Assembly (NCBI GenBank): GCA_012839865.1 | Contig: DUMO01000051.1 | Span: 62,001 to 126,000 of the forward strand | Source of the DNA: Clostridiaceae bacterium | GTDB lineage: Bacteria; Bacillota; Clostridia; CAYPLH01; DUMO01 | Direction: 5' to 3' | Length of the DNA stretch: 64,000 nucleotides | Shown: piece after piece, positions 20,870-31,160 of the stretch | Position numbering within the stretch: position 1 is the first letter of the stretch | Layout of the letters: each line of letters starts with the position of its first letter | Program-made: the position numbers and the translations under genes | The notes under the pieces: model-generated | Database searches by the model: none | What the model saw: only the letters and a program-made list of their open reading frames with translations | Told to the model about the DNA's origin: nothing

Positions 20870-20953
20870 GTTGCTTTATGAATTCGTCTGAACAAATACT
20901 CTAATCTGACTACACTGAACATTAAGCAAAAGTACCTTAATTACATAATGTTC

Positions 20954-20982
20954 TTGACACAATTTTTAAAAAAGTTTAAAAT
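20954..20982 (+). promoter_or_regulatory. Sigma-A promoter for rny
   Basis: TTGACA-N17-TAAAAT. Confidence 0.7.
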
Positions 20983-21153
20983 TAACCTATGCTATGTACA
21001 ATATAGTCCAATGTATCAGAAATGGTACAAGGACATGCAACGCATGCTTATTTTGCTTCCAGCTTGAATGAAATATTTGGCAAACCGCAAGCTTTAAAAA
21101 ATAAAGAAATGATCGTTATATAGTACGCTATTACTGGTCATTGAAAACTAAAT

Positions 21154-22746
21154 ATGGAGGTGAGTGTTATTTCGGGTTTTTTTATCGCAGCTGCAGTAGG
21201 CATAGTTGGCTTAATAATTACCGTTGCCGCCTCTATTTTTGCTTATTCATTCGGAGTGCGCAAGGGTATAGAACATAGAAAAAAAGTGGCTGAAGCTGAA
21301 ATAGGAAGTGCAGAAGAGGAAGCTAAAAGAATCTTGGTCGAAGCACAAAAAGTAGCAGAAAACAAGAAAAGAGAGGTCCTACTTCAGGCAAAGGAAGAAA
21401 TTCATAAAAGCAGGATTGAACTGGAAAGGGAAATCAGGGATAGGAGAAATGAAATTCAGCGCCTGGAGAGAAGGCTGGTTCAAAAAGAAGAAACTCTTGA
21501 CAGAAAGATGTCATCTTTCGAACAAAAAGAAGAGCAAATTAATAAGAAAACCAGAGAAATCCAAGCATTACAGGATGAAATAAGCGATCTTCACAGACAG
21601 AAGATCCAAGAGCTTGAGAGAATTTCAGGTCTTTCAACGGACGAAGCAAAGGAATATCTCTTACGAAGCGTTGAAAACGAAGTAAAACATGAAGCTGCAA
21701 TTCTTATAAAGGATATTGAAGCCAAAGCAAAGGAAGAAGCTGAAAAGAAAGCTAAAGAAATAATTTCCTGTGCAATTCAAAAATGCGCTGCAGATCATGT
21801 ATCAGAAATTACAGTTTCAGTTGTTCCGCTTCCAAATGATGAAATGAAAGGAAGAATCATTGGAAGGGAAGGCAGAAACATCAGAACTCTTGAGACATTA
21901 ACCGGAATTGATCTAATAATAGATGACACTCCGGAAGCTGTTATTTTATCAGGTTTTGATTCAATTAGAAGGGAAATAGCCAGGATAGCCCTTGAAAAAC
22001 TCATAATTGACGGTAGAATTCACCCCGCACGTATTGAAGAAATGGTTGAAAAAGCAAGAAAAGAAGTTGAGAATACAATCAAAACGGAAGGTGAAAACGC
22101 AACCTTCGAAACCGGTGTTCACGGGTTGCATCCTGAACTAATAAAACTTCTTGGAAAACTAAAGTACAGGACAAGTTACGGTCAGAATGTTCTTAGTCAT
22201 TCAATTGAAGTGGCTCATCTTGCAGGTTTGATAGCAGCAGAACTGGATGAAGATGTAGTGATGGCCAAAAGAGCCGGACTGCTCCATGACATAGGTAAAG
22301 CTGTTGACCACGAGGTGGAGGGATCCCACGTAAATATTGGCGCAGAGCTTGCCAAAAAATATAAGGAGAACCCCATTGTTGTCAATGCAATACTTTCACA
22401 TCACGGAGATGTAGAAACTACATCAATTATAGGAGTTTTCGTACAGGCTGCGGATACTATCTCTGCAGCAAGGCCCGGGGCAAGAAGAGAAACGCTGGAA
22501 TCTTATATAAAGCGTCTTGAAAAACTCGAGGAAATTGCAAATTCATTCAGCGGGGTAGAGAAATCTTATGCCATACAGGCAGGAAGAGAAGTCAGGATTA
22601 TTGTTAAACCTGAAGATGTTTCGGATGATGATATTGTGCTAATGGCACGAAATATTGTTAAGAAAATTGAAGAAGAGCTGGATTACCCAGGACAGATTAA
22701 AGTTAACGTGATCAGGGAAACCAGGTCTGTTGAGTATGCAAAATAA
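21154..22746 (+). CDS. rny: Ribonuclease Y
   Basis: N-terminal TM, coiled coil, KH ([13 protein letters not shown]), HD domain (GLLHDIGK), [12 protein letters not shown]. Start uncertain because ATG 21154 overlaps the SD-like GGAGGTGA. Confidence 0.98.
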   Translation: MEVSVISGFFIAAAVGIVGLIITVAASIFAYSFGVRKGIEHRKKVAEAEIGSAEEEAKRILVEAQKVAENKKREVLLQAKEEIHKSRIELEREIRDRRNEIQRLERRLVQKEETLDRKMSSFEQKEEQINKKTREIQALQDEISDLHRQKIQELERISGLSTDEAKEYLLRSVENEVKHEAAILIKDIEAKAKEEAEKKAKEIISCAIQKCAADHVSEITVSVVPLPNDEMKGRIIGREGRNIRTLETLTGIDLIIDDTPEAVILSGFDSIRREIARIALEKLIIDGRIHPARIEEMVEKARKEVENTIKTEGENATFETGVHGLHPELIKLLGKLKYRTSYGQNVLSHSIEVAHLAGLIAAELDEDVVMAKRAGLLHDIGKAVDHEVEGSHVNIGAELAKKYKENPIVVNAILSHHGDVETTSIIGVFVQAADTISAARPGARRETLESYIKRLEKLEEIANSFSGVEKSYAIQAGREVRIIVKPEDVSDDDIVLMARNIVKKIEEELDYPGQIKVNVIRETRSVEYAK

Positions 22747-22837
22747 GCTTTGTACTTAATAGTATAGGTATCATGAATTTATTACGGCTAAAAGTACAAA
22801 TCAGCTTGCTGAAAATTCTTACTGATCTAAAATGTAG

Positions 22838-22859
22838 AAAGCGTGGAAACACGCTTTTT
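22838..22859 (+). terminator. Intrinsic terminator after rny
   Basis: AAAGCGTG-GAAA-CACGCTTTTT. Confidence 0.75.
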
Positions 22860-22953
22860 CATTTTAGTTTTGTTTTTAAAACCATGATTTCCCTGATAGA
22901 ATAATAGTGAATACTTTTATTAGCCTTTTCCTGATTAGAATGGAGGAAAAAAT

Positions 22954-23733
22954 TTGAATGTTTTGTTTATAGGAGATGTAGTAGGAAATCCCGGGCGCAG
23001 GGCAATCAAGGAACTGTTGCCGGAATTAAAGCGTGAATACTCAATCGATTTTTGTATTGCGAACGGCGAAAATGCTGCAGGGGGCAGCGGAATAACATAT
23101 GTTGTTGCCCAGGAATTATACAAATCTGGTATAGATGCCATCACTATGGGGAATCATGTGTGGTCCAAGAAAGAGATTTTCAGTTTTATAGAAAGCGATA
23201 CCAAAATTATCAGACCTGCAAACTATCTAGAAGGATTGCCGGGTAAAGGGTCCGCAGTCATCAGTAATAATAACGGTAAAATCGGAATAATTAATTTAAT
23301 GGGAAGAATATATATGGAGCCTGTTGAATGCCCTTTCCGGACAGCCGACAAGGAAGTGGAGATTTTAAAAAACAGTGTCCGCATAATCATTGTTGATATG
23401 CATGCGGAAGCAACATCTGAAAAAACAGCCCTTGCCTGGTACCTTGACGGGAAAGTAAGCGGTGTTATAGGCACCCATACACATGTTCAAACTGCAGATG
23501 AAAGAATATTGCCCTTTGGCACAGGTTTTATAACAGATGTTGGGATGACGGGGCCATATGAAGGAATTATCGGTGTTAAACGAAATACAGTTATAGAAAA
23601 ATTCATTACGTTCATGCCTGCCCGTTTTGAACTGGAAAAAGGCAAAATACAACTGAACGCTGTTGTCCTGGAAATAGACGATTCCACCGGCAAAACCATT
23701 GAGATGCATCGAATAATGAAAATAATTGATTGA
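22954..23733 (+). CDS. ymdB: YmdB-family metallophosphoesterase
   Basis: LFIGDVVG.PGR, NGENAAGG.G, TMGNH, DMHAEATSEK, GTHTHVQTAD. Confidence 0.95.
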   Translation: MNVLFIGDVVGNPGRRAIKELLPELKREYSIDFCIANGENAAGGSGITYVVAQELYKSGIDAITMGNHVWSKKEIFSFIESDTKIIRPANYLEGLPGKGSAVISNNNGKIGIINLMGRIYMEPVECPFRTADKEVEILKNSVRIIIVDMHAEATSEKTALAWYLDGKVSGVIGTHTHVQTADERILPFGTGFITDVGMTGPYEGIIGVKRNTVIEKFITFMPARFELEKGKIQLNAVVLEIDDSTGKTIEMHRIMKIID

Positions 23734-23857
23734 CAGAAAGAAAAAGGACGTTTCCTGCTAAATAACATTCTATCATATAGGATTTTTAACGAAAAAGAAG
23801 GAATTTGATTATTTGTGCAGAATTATAGAGTCATAAAGCAATTTTGGGGGTCTTTAA

Positions 23858-24130
23858 ATGGAAATGTTAAAAGTCTCTGCAAAATCAAACCCAAACTCTA
23901 TAGCAGGTGCCCTTGCCGGTGTTATTAGAGAGAAAGGGGTTGCTTATGTCCAGGCTATAGGGGCTGGGGCACTGAATCAGGCAATTAAGGCAATTGCAAT
24001 TGTTAGAGGTTTTTTGTCTCCTTCTGGTTATGACCTGGTATTTATACCAGCTTTTACCGAGGTTATAATTGACGGTCAGGAAAAAACAGCAATCAAGCTC
24101 ATAGTGGAGCCCAGAGACAGGAGAAAATAA
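23858..24130 (+). CDS. spoVS: Stage V sporulation protein S
   Basis: LKVSAKSNPNSIAGALA...QAIGAGALNQAIKAIAI.RG. Confidence 0.97.
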   Translation: MEMLKVSAKSNPNSIAGALAGVIREKGVAYVQAIGAGALNQAIKAIAIVRGFLSPSGYDLVFIPAFTEVIIDGQEKTAIKLIVEPRDRRK

Positions 24131-24442
24131 TTAATAATTTGCACCCTCATCCCGTCCCTTATAATATTATGCCTGAAAACAGGAGAGAAAGAGTTGTTTA
24201 TTATCTTGTAAAGTGATTTTTTATTTTGCTAATGTCAAAAGTAAGCGTAAGCATATTAGATATATGCTTTTTTTATTTTAGAGGCATTTCAAGTGTTGCA
24301 TCTTTGTGGTAAAATAAACTCATTGATTCAGGTATCAGGAGTTTATTTGCCAATGAAGAAAACTTTTTATTATATTCCGGATAAAATAAATCACAAAATA
24401 ATACATACAGAATATCAAAAGAATTTGGAAGTTGATATAAGA

Positions 24443-26134
24443 ATGAAAAATATATCAATGCTAAAAATTGCCGTGTCTATAATTTTATTGCTGATTATTG
24501 CAATCAACTGCACATTGGCTGCAGGGTGCAATTTTTCATTGGATATTATTGAGCAGAGTGATAATTCAAATAATATAAATTCTCCTGGTGAAAATATTAT
24601 TGACAGAGGTCCGGTCAACGGGGGTACATTAAATATGTTCAGTACAGTTCCGGACACCCTAAACCCATTGCTTACAAACAATATTCATGTTCATAATTTT
24701 TCAGCATTGATTTTTGAAAGCCTGGTAAAACTTGACTCTGCCCAAAATCCCGTGCCTTATCTTGCTGAAAATTGGGAAGTTTCTGATAATGCCCTGGAAT
24801 GGATTTTTCATTTGAGAAAAAATGTTTTGTGGCATAATGGAGACAGCTTTACCGCAAGTGATGTAAAATACTCTTTTGATATTATAAAAAGCAGTTTTTC
24901 AAATTCAGTTTATAATATAAATGTCCGGAACGTCAAAAACTGTGAAATTTTAGATGAAAATACAATAAAGTTCACACTTTTCGTACCTGATTCATTCACT
25001 GCCGAGAAAATGAATTTTCCGGTTATTTCAGAAAAGCATTATGGCGGACTTGGAGAAATAAAATCAGCAGGCATGATTACACCGGTGGGAACAGGTCCTT
25101 ATAAATTTGAGTCCATGGAAAAGGATGAATTAATTATACTCAAGGCTAATCCGGACTGGTGGAATCGAAAGGAAACAGGCAGCTTTGCTGCAACACCGTA
25201 CATTTCTTTTGTCAACATAAAATTATATGAAACCAAAGAAGATATATATAACGCTTTTGAGTCAAAAAATGTGGATTTCATACCTGTGCAAAAAGATCAG
25301 AGCTACAAATATCATGGACGTACGGATATTAACATATACAAATTCCCGGGCAGGAATTTTGAGTTTATTGCTTTTAATCTGTCCAACCCTGTATTGTCCG
25401 ACATCAATGTAAGAAAAGCCATCTCTTATGCAATAGACAGGTTTGATATTATGAAAAATGTGCTGCCTGATAAAGTGTTGCTTTCCGATATACCTGTAAT
25501 TCCTGGTACATGGTTGAATGAGGGGATTTCCATTGATTACCGTTATCCGGACAAGGCTGTTGAAGTTCTGGAAAACAGCGGGTGGAGGCTAAGCAGCAAC
25601 AGGTGGAGCAAGTATATGAACGGCAGGACCTACTACCTTGATTTTGAATTGGTTGTTAATGAAGATAATTCAGACAGGCTTATTGTGGCTAAAAAAATTC
25701 AGGAGCAGTTAAAGGACATTGGAATCAATATAAGTATCAAGGAATTGAGCTGGGATGAAAAAATGAAAAATATAAATAACAAGAAATTTGATATGGCTTT
25801 CATGGGGGTCTATATAAGCCGTTGTCCTGATATGTCTTTCCTCTATTCATCCCAAAAAAGGTATGCCAGAGAAGAGGAAGCATACAATGTTACCGGATAT
25901 GAAAACATTGATGTAGACAACTATCTCAACAAGATTTTAACCGAACTTGACCCAATGAAAAAAAAGGCATACTTTATAAATATGAAACAGATAATTTCTG
26001 AAGAATTGCCTTATATTGGCCTGTATTTTTATTATGATACAATAATTTATCATAAAAATATAAGGGGTGTTTCCAATCCCCATGTATGGGATCCTTTAAT
26101 GAATATTCCCGAGTGGTATATACCGGGGTATTAA
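24443..26134 (+). CDS. Peptide ABC transporter substrate-binding lipoprotein (family 5, OppA/DppA-like)
   Basis: LAAG-C lipobox, P.LAE.WEVS, FHLR.NV.WH.G..FTASDV, GTGPYK, VRKAI.YAIDR. Start moved to ATG 24443. Confidence 0.9.
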   Translation: MKNISMLKIAVSIILLLIIAINCTLAAGCNFSLDIIEQSDNSNNINSPGENIIDRGPVNGGTLNMFSTVPDTLNPLLTNNIHVHNFSALIFESLVKLDSAQNPVPYLAENWEVSDNALEWIFHLRKNVLWHNGDSFTASDVKYSFDIIKSSFSNSVYNINVRNVKNCEILDENTIKFTLFVPDSFTAEKMNFPVISEKHYGGLGEIKSAGMITPVGTGPYKFESMEKDELIILKANPDWWNRKETGSFAATPYISFVNIKLYETKEDIYNAFESKNVDFIPVQKDQSYKYHGRTDINIYKFPGRNFEFIAFNLSNPVLSDINVRKAISYAIDRFDIMKNVLPDKVLLSDIPVIPGTWLNEGISIDYRYPDKAVEVLENSGWRLSSNRWSKYMNGRTYYLDFELVVNEDNSDRLIVAKKIQEQLKDIGINISIKELSWDEKMKNINNKKFDMAFMGVYISRCPDMSFLYSSQKRYAREEEAYNVTGYENIDVDNYLNKILTELDPMKKKAYFINMKQIISEELPYIGLYFYYDTIIYHKNIRGVSNPHVWDPLMNIPEWYIPGY

Positions 26135-26334
26135 TGTCTTTTAATAAACTTTGGCTAATTGCAGCATCAGAACTTATGGTTCATGAAATACTATACCTGA
26201 TTGGGGTTTATGCTTTACAGTTTAAACAAGACAGTTTATAATAGGATTATCTCCCAGGAAGGATTGAATTGGCTTTACTGGGAGATAATCATGTTAGGTT
26301 CTTTTGTTCCGGAATCACAGAAAGGATGATTAGA

Positions 26335-26799
26335 TTGATATGGGCTGCTATAATAGTTTTAATTATAGCTTTGGATCAGATATCAAAGTTGATAGTGATT
26401 AATAACATGGAATTGGGGCAGAATATAGTAATTATCAAAAACTTTTTTCACCTGACATACTGGGAAAACAGTGGAGCTGCCTGGGGTATTTTCAAGAACG
26501 GAGCCTTGGTGTTTATTCCCTTGAATCTGATATTGTCAGCAGTTTTGGCATATATTTTGATCAATTCAAAATCCAACTATTTAAGATTTTCTCTTTCCCT
26601 AATTATAGGAGGAGCTCTGGGAAATGTTATTGATCGGATATTCAGAAACGGAAAGGTTGTGGATTTTCTAAGTTTTAATATTCTGGGATATGATTATCCG
26701 ATATTTAACATTGCTGATTCCTTTATAGTAATCGGCACTATTTTCCTGGCTTATTACTTGCTGTTTATATACAAGGAAAAGGATAAAATAATAAGTTAA
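26335..26799 (+). CDS. lspA: Lipoprotein signal peptidase II
   Basis: DQISK, N.GAAWG, GGALGNVIDR, VVDF, IFNIADSFI. Start uncertain (ATG 26326 or TTG 26335). Confidence 0.96.
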   Translation: MIWAAIIVLIIALDQISKLIVINNMELGQNIVIIKNFFHLTYWENSGAAWGIFKNGALVFIPLNLILSAVLAYILINSKSNYLRFSLSLIIGGALGNVIDRIFRNGKVVDFLSFNILGYDYPIFNIADSFIVIGTIFLAYYLLFIYKEKDKIIS

Positions 26800-26810
26800 C
26801 CGGAGTAAAC

Positions 26811-27722
26811 ATGGATACGTTTAATTTTATGGCAGATGATGACGGCCAGAGAATTGATGTATGGCTGGCGAAACATATGGAGGACCATTCCCGGTCCCAT
26901 ATACAAAAACTGATTCAAACCGGCCAGGTAATGGTTAATGGTATTATTGTCAAATCCAATTATAAAGTCAGAAAAGGCGATAATATCAACATCTCGGTAC
27001 CGGAAGCCCAAATACTGAACGTAGAACCGGAAAATATTGAAATTGACATACTTTATGAGGACGATGACATTATTGTTGTCAACAAGCCAAAAAACATGGT
27101 GGTGCACCCTGCAGCCGGCAATTTCTCAGGAACCCTTGTAAATGCTCTTTTATCCCATTGCAAGGATTCCCTTTCGGATATAAACGGTATAATAAGACCC
27201 GGTATAGTGCACAGGATTGACAAGGATACAACCGGGGTCCTTGTTGTGGCGAAAAACAACAGAGCCCATGAAGTGCTGTCCCAAAAGCTTAAAAATCATG
27301 ATATTGTAAGAGTATATGAAGCCATAGCCGACGGTGTTATAAAAGAAGATGAAGCGACAATTGATGCACCAATAGGAAGACATCCGACAGATAGAAAGAA
27401 AATGGCTGTCAATGTAAAAAACAGCAGGGAAGCTACAACCCATTTCAAGGTACTGGAACGTTTTCCCAAGCACACTTATATCGAATGCAGGCTTGAAACC
27501 GGAAGAACGCATCAGATAAGAGTTCACATGGCATATATAGGACATCCTCTTCTAGGGGACAAGGTTTATGGAAAAAAGAAACAGCCCTTTGACCTGGAGG
27601 GACAGGTTCTACATGCAAAGGTGCTGGGGTTTGAACACCCCATAAGCGGAAAATACATGGAGTTTACGGCAGAATTGCCTGAATACTTCAAGGATATATT
27701 GAGAGATTTTAGAGGACGGTAA
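26811..27722 (+). CDS. rluD: RluA/RluD family 23S rRNA pseudouridine synthase
   Basis: S4 domain, VVNKP..MVVHP, HRIDKDTTG, LETGRTHQIRVH. Confidence 0.95.
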   Translation: MDTFNFMADDDGQRIDVWLAKHMEDHSRSHIQKLIQTGQVMVNGIIVKSNYKVRKGDNINISVPEAQILNVEPENIEIDILYEDDDIIVVNKPKNMVVHPAAGNFSGTLVNALLSHCKDSLSDINGIIRPGIVHRIDKDTTGVLVVAKNNRAHEVLSQKLKNHDIVRVYEAIADGVIKEDEATIDAPIGRHPTDRKKMAVNVKNSREATTHFKVLERFPKHTYIECRLETGRTHQIRVHMAYIGHPLLGDKVYGKKKQPFDLEGQVLHAKVLGFEHPISGKYMEFTAELPEYFKDILRDFRGR

Positions 27723-27754
27723 TGAAAACTGTATTTTACCGTTAAAGTTCAGGC

Positions 27755-27962
27755 ACTTATCATGAACAATCAGCTCTAATACTGCTTTTACGGCAAGGCA
27801 TAGGAAAACACAGTTTAAAATGCCTTGGAATCTTAGTAATGTCCGCGTGTTTGAGCGAAGCGAGTTCGCGGAATTACTTAGGTTACAAGGCATTTTAAAC
27901 TGATTGTTTTCCTTGCCGAAGGCGTACTTGCAGTATTGGAGCTGATTGTTCGTGAATTAAGT
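27755..27962. repeat. ~200-nt imperfect palindrome (REP/MITE-like or structured RNA)
   Basis: 27762-27785 pairs with 27930-27953 (24 bp, 2 G:T); 27811-27827 pairs perfectly with 27886-27902 (17 bp); apical segment TGTTTGAGCGAAGCGAGTT. Confidence 0.8.
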
Positions 27963-28250
27963 CAATTACATCGATAATACCTGAACACTAACGTTTTTAC
28001 TTGAACAAAACCAAAGAATTTTTGAATTTTCATTTACAACTATTAGCACTTGTGTTATAATACTTTCCGTGTTTATCAGGCGCTCCATAAAGCTTACTGC
28101 CTGTAAGGCAAGAATTGAATAATCTTTAAGATTGATTTTGATTACTTACAGCGTATTTGATAAATACTAACAGTGCTCAACACTAATGTGCGAAGCAAAA
28201 GCTCTTTTCACCCTGGTCAATAAGGTTGTATACGGAGCTTATGGAATACG

Positions 28251-28285
28251 GACGGTCCTCTGTTATGTACACAAACATGAACGTC
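28251..28285 (+). promoter_or_regulatory. Probable L19 leader
   Basis: GACGGTCCTCTG...CATGAACGTC stem just before the rplS SD; resembles the Bacillota L19 leader. Confidence 0.55.
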
Positions 28286-28308
28286 TTGGAAGGAAGGAGG
28301 AGAATAGA

Positions 28309-28650
28309 ATGGATTTAATTAAAGAAATTGAACAAGGCCAGTTGAGAACCGATTTACCGGAACTTGAAATCGGAAGCTATGTCAGAGTACATGTAAACAT
28401 CAAAGAAGGAAACAGAGAAAGAGTTCAGGTTTTCGAGGGTACAATAATCAGCAAAAAAGGAACAAGTTCAAGGGAAACAGTTACTGTAAGAAGAGTTTCT
28501 TACGGTGTTGGAGTTGAGAGGGTATTCCCGATACATTCTCCCATAATAAACAAGATTGAAATTGTAAGAAAAGGTAAAGTAAGAAGAGCAAAATTATATT
28601 ACCTGCGTGAACGAGTAGGTAAGGGAGCAAAAGTTAAAGAAAAAATATAA
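28309..28650 (+). CDS. rplS: 50S ribosomal protein L19
   Basis: [54 protein letters not shown] before ATG 28309. Confidence 0.99.
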   Translation: MDLIKEIEQGQLRTDLPELEIGSYVRVHVNIKEGNRERVQVFEGTIISKKGTSSRETVTVRRVSYGVGVERVFPIHSPIINKIEIVRKGKVRRAKLYYLRERVGKGAKVKEKI

Positions 28651-28687
28651 TACCTAATATCCCGGAAGGGAACATTAAAAATTAAAG

Positions 28688-28717
28688 CAAAAAGGGACTC
28701 ATCGTCCCTTTTGTTTT
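28688..28717 (+). terminator. Intrinsic terminator after rplS
   Basis: AAAAGGGAC-TCATC-GTCCCTTTT plus T-tract. Confidence 0.7.
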
Positions 28718-28800
28718 ATCCATATCCGAAAAACTGGCATCATCAGCCAAAAACGAGGGATAAAAACCAACAATAAAAGTGAAATAGAGGAATAGTAGTT

Positions 28801-29415
28801 ATGGATGAAAATACTACAAACAAAAAAAGTAATCTTGGCTGCTTGAGTGAATTGGCTCAATGGATTCAGGCAATATTAATTGCCGCTGTTATTGCATTGC
28901 TTATCAGGGGATTTATCTTTGAACCTGTTGAGGTAATTGGAGAATCCATGGAAAATACTCTTCACACTCATCAAAAAGTAATACTTTACAAACTGGGCTA
29001 TTATTTTTATTCTCCTCAAAGGGGAGATATCATCGTGCTGCAGATTCAGGAAGGATGGCTGAGTTTTATACCTTTTGCCGATAAAATTCCTTTCATCAAA
29101 AAAATTTATCCTTTTCCCGAAGAAATCGACTATATCAAGCGTGTTATAGCTGTTCCGGGAGATACTATTGATATAAAGGACGGTTATGTCTATGTCAATG
29201 GCGAAAAACTGGAGGAACCATATGTTAAAGGCAGAACCTTTGCCAGAAACGGAAGTTATCCCGTAACTGTTCCACCGGACAAGGTTTTTGTCCTGGGTGA
29301 TAACCGGGAGAACAGCAGCGACAGCAGGAATATAGGTTTCATAGATCAAAAGAGAATCAAGGGCAAGGCAGTTTTTCGTTTTTGGCCGTTTAGTGAAATA
29401 GGAGTTTTGAAATAA
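28801..29415 (+). CDS. lepB: Signal peptidase I
   Basis: GESMENTL (Ser), DYIKRVIAVPGD (Lys), FVLGDNRENSSDSR. Confidence 0.96.
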   Translation: MDENTTNKKSNLGCLSELAQWIQAILIAAVIALLIRGFIFEPVEVIGESMENTLHTHQKVILYKLGYYFYSPQRGDIIVLQIQEGWLSFIPFADKIPFIKKIYPFPEEIDYIKRVIAVPGDTIDIKDGYVYVNGEKLEEPYVKGRTFARNGSYPVTVPPDKVFVLGDNRENSSDSRNIGFIDQKRIKGKAVFRFWPFSEIGVLK

Positions 29416-29428
29416 ACCGGAGGGAATT

Positions 29429-30310
29429 ATGAATATACAGTGGTTTCCGGGCCATATGGCGAAAACAAGGCGGATACTGGCAGAAAATTTAAAATATGTA
29501 GATGTGGTTATTGAACTATTGGATGCCAGAATACCCATAAGCAGCAGAAATCCGGAATTTGACAATTTGCTTAAAACCAAACCAAGGCTGATAACCTTAA
29601 ACAAATGTGACCTTGCTGACAACGATATCTCAAAGGAATGGGAAGCATGGTATAAGAGCAAGGGTCTTGTAAGCGTTTTTATCGATTCAATAAAGGGAAC
29701 CGGAATCCCAAAACTTTTTTCTGAATTGAAAGAGCTTGCAAAAGATAAAATTGAAGCCGACATGGCAAGAGGAAGAAAATTCAGACCTGTAAAAACAATG
29801 GTGGTTGGCATTCCCAATGTCGGAAAATCTTCTTTTATTAACAGGATTGCCGGGCGTGCCCGGGCTCAAACCGGGGACAAGCCGGGTGTCACCCGTGCAA
29901 AACAATGGGTCAGGGTTAATAATGAAATAGAACTTTTGGATACCCCGGGAATCCTCTGGCCCAAATTTGAAGATTTGACCACAGGATTGCACCTTTCTTT
30001 CACAGGTGCGATTAAAGATGATGTTGTTGACATAGTTGAAGTGGCATCGCATTTATTGATGAAACTTATGCAACTATACCCCCAAATGGTAATCCAGCGT
30101 TATAAAATCCAATCCATTGAATATGAAAACGGATATGATATACTGGAAAATGTGGGAATGAAGCGTGGCTGTCTTGTGTCCGGAGGAGAAGTTGATTTGA
30201 CCAGGACAGCAGGTATTGTTTTGGATGAATTCAGGGGGGCCAAAATAGGCCGGATATCACTGGAGCGTCCCTCTGATGTGACAGATACCGTAGAAAAAGA
30301 GGAAGGTTAG
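29429..30310 (+). CDS. rbgA: Ribosome biogenesis GTPase YlqF/RbgA
   Basis: MNIQWFPGHMAK, LDARIP.SSRNP, GIPNVGKSSFIN, LLDTPGILWPK. Confidence 0.98.
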   Translation: MNIQWFPGHMAKTRRILAENLKYVDVVIELLDARIPISSRNPEFDNLLKTKPRLITLNKCDLADNDISKEWEAWYKSKGLVSVFIDSIKGTGIPKLFSELKELAKDKIEADMARGRKFRPVKTMVVGIPNVGKSSFINRIAGRARAQTGDKPGVTRAKQWVRVNNEIELLDTPGILWPKFEDLTTGLHLSFTGAIKDDVVDIVEVASHLLMKLMQLYPQMVIQRYKIQSIEYENGYDILENVGMKRGCLVSGGEVDLTRTAGIVLDEFRGAKIGRISLERPSDVTDTVEKEEG

Positions 30311-30316
30311 TTTTTT

Positions 30317-31081
30317 ATGCTCTCAATTAAGGAATTGGAAATGCTTCTGGCTGAAAAGGATACAGATGAAGCTCTGGAATATTTATATTCCATCAAAGAT
30401 GACAATAGAAGAGCAGTTATTAAGCTTATTGAGAAATATGAAAAATTGAAAAATGAAATGAAAACTGAGCTGGCCCGGTTTAACAACATGTTAATTTATG
30501 AAGAAAAAGCTTATTTAAACGGGTTTAAACTGGTGGCAGGCGTAGATGAAGCCGGAAGAGGACCCCTGGCCGGTCCCGTGGTGGCTGCATCTGTAATACT
30601 CCCCAGGACAATATTTATAAAAGGCCTTGATGATTCAAAGAAGCTTACCCCCAAAAAAAGAGAAGAACTATTTGATGAAATAAACAATAAAGCAATTGCA
30701 GTAAGTGTTGGAATTATAGATGTTGATGTAATTGACAGAGTCAATATTCTGAATGCAACTAAAATGGCCATGGATCTGGCTGTACGAAAACTCTTGCCAG
30801 AACCGGATTACTTATTGATTGATGCCGTAAAGCTGGATAAATACAAGACAAGGCAGGAAGCTATAATAAAAGGTGACCAAAAGAGTGCATCAATTGCTGC
30901 AGCTTCTGTTATTGCAAAAGTTACAAGAGACAGAATACTGGACAGACTGCATGAAAAATACCCCCAATACGGATTTATTCATCATAAAGGGTATGGTACA
31001 AAGGAACATATTGACGCTATAAAAAAATATGGCATATGTCCGATACATAGATTGAGCTTTACAAAAAATATTGTTTCATAA
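30317..31081 (+). CDS. rnhB: Ribonuclease HII
   Basis: GVDEAGRGPLAGPVVAA, DDSKKL, KGD.KS.SIAAASVIAKV.RD, HKGYGT. Confidence 0.98.
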   Translation: MLSIKELEMLLAEKDTDEALEYLYSIKDDNRRAVIKLIEKYEKLKNEMKTELARFNNMLIYEEKAYLNGFKLVAGVDEAGRGPLAGPVVAASVILPRTIFIKGLDDSKKLTPKKREELFDEINNKAIAVSVGIIDVDVIDRVNILNATKMAMDLAVRKLLPEPDYLLIDAVKLDKYKTRQEAIIKGDQKSASIAAASVIAKVTRDRILDRLHEKYPQYGFIHHKGYGTKEHIDAIKKYGICPIHRLSFTKNIVS

Positions 31082-31160
31082 CTGAATCTCTTATATAAAA
31101 GACACGATGCAATCAAAGTCAGGAACCCGTTGGAAAATCTCTTTGATTTGAGGGGTTAAA

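Noticed and set aside
19958..20900. Frameshift truncating the TPR protein
   Set aside because: No TPR-like continuation was found in other frames after the stop.
28876..29817. 313-aa minus-strand ORF, and the other long antisense ORFs in the track (e.g. 17934-19546, 32945-33532, 61966-62484)
   Set aside because: Shadow frames opposite well-conserved genes (lepB/rbgA, spoIIIE, yraN, nifU) with no motifs or SD.
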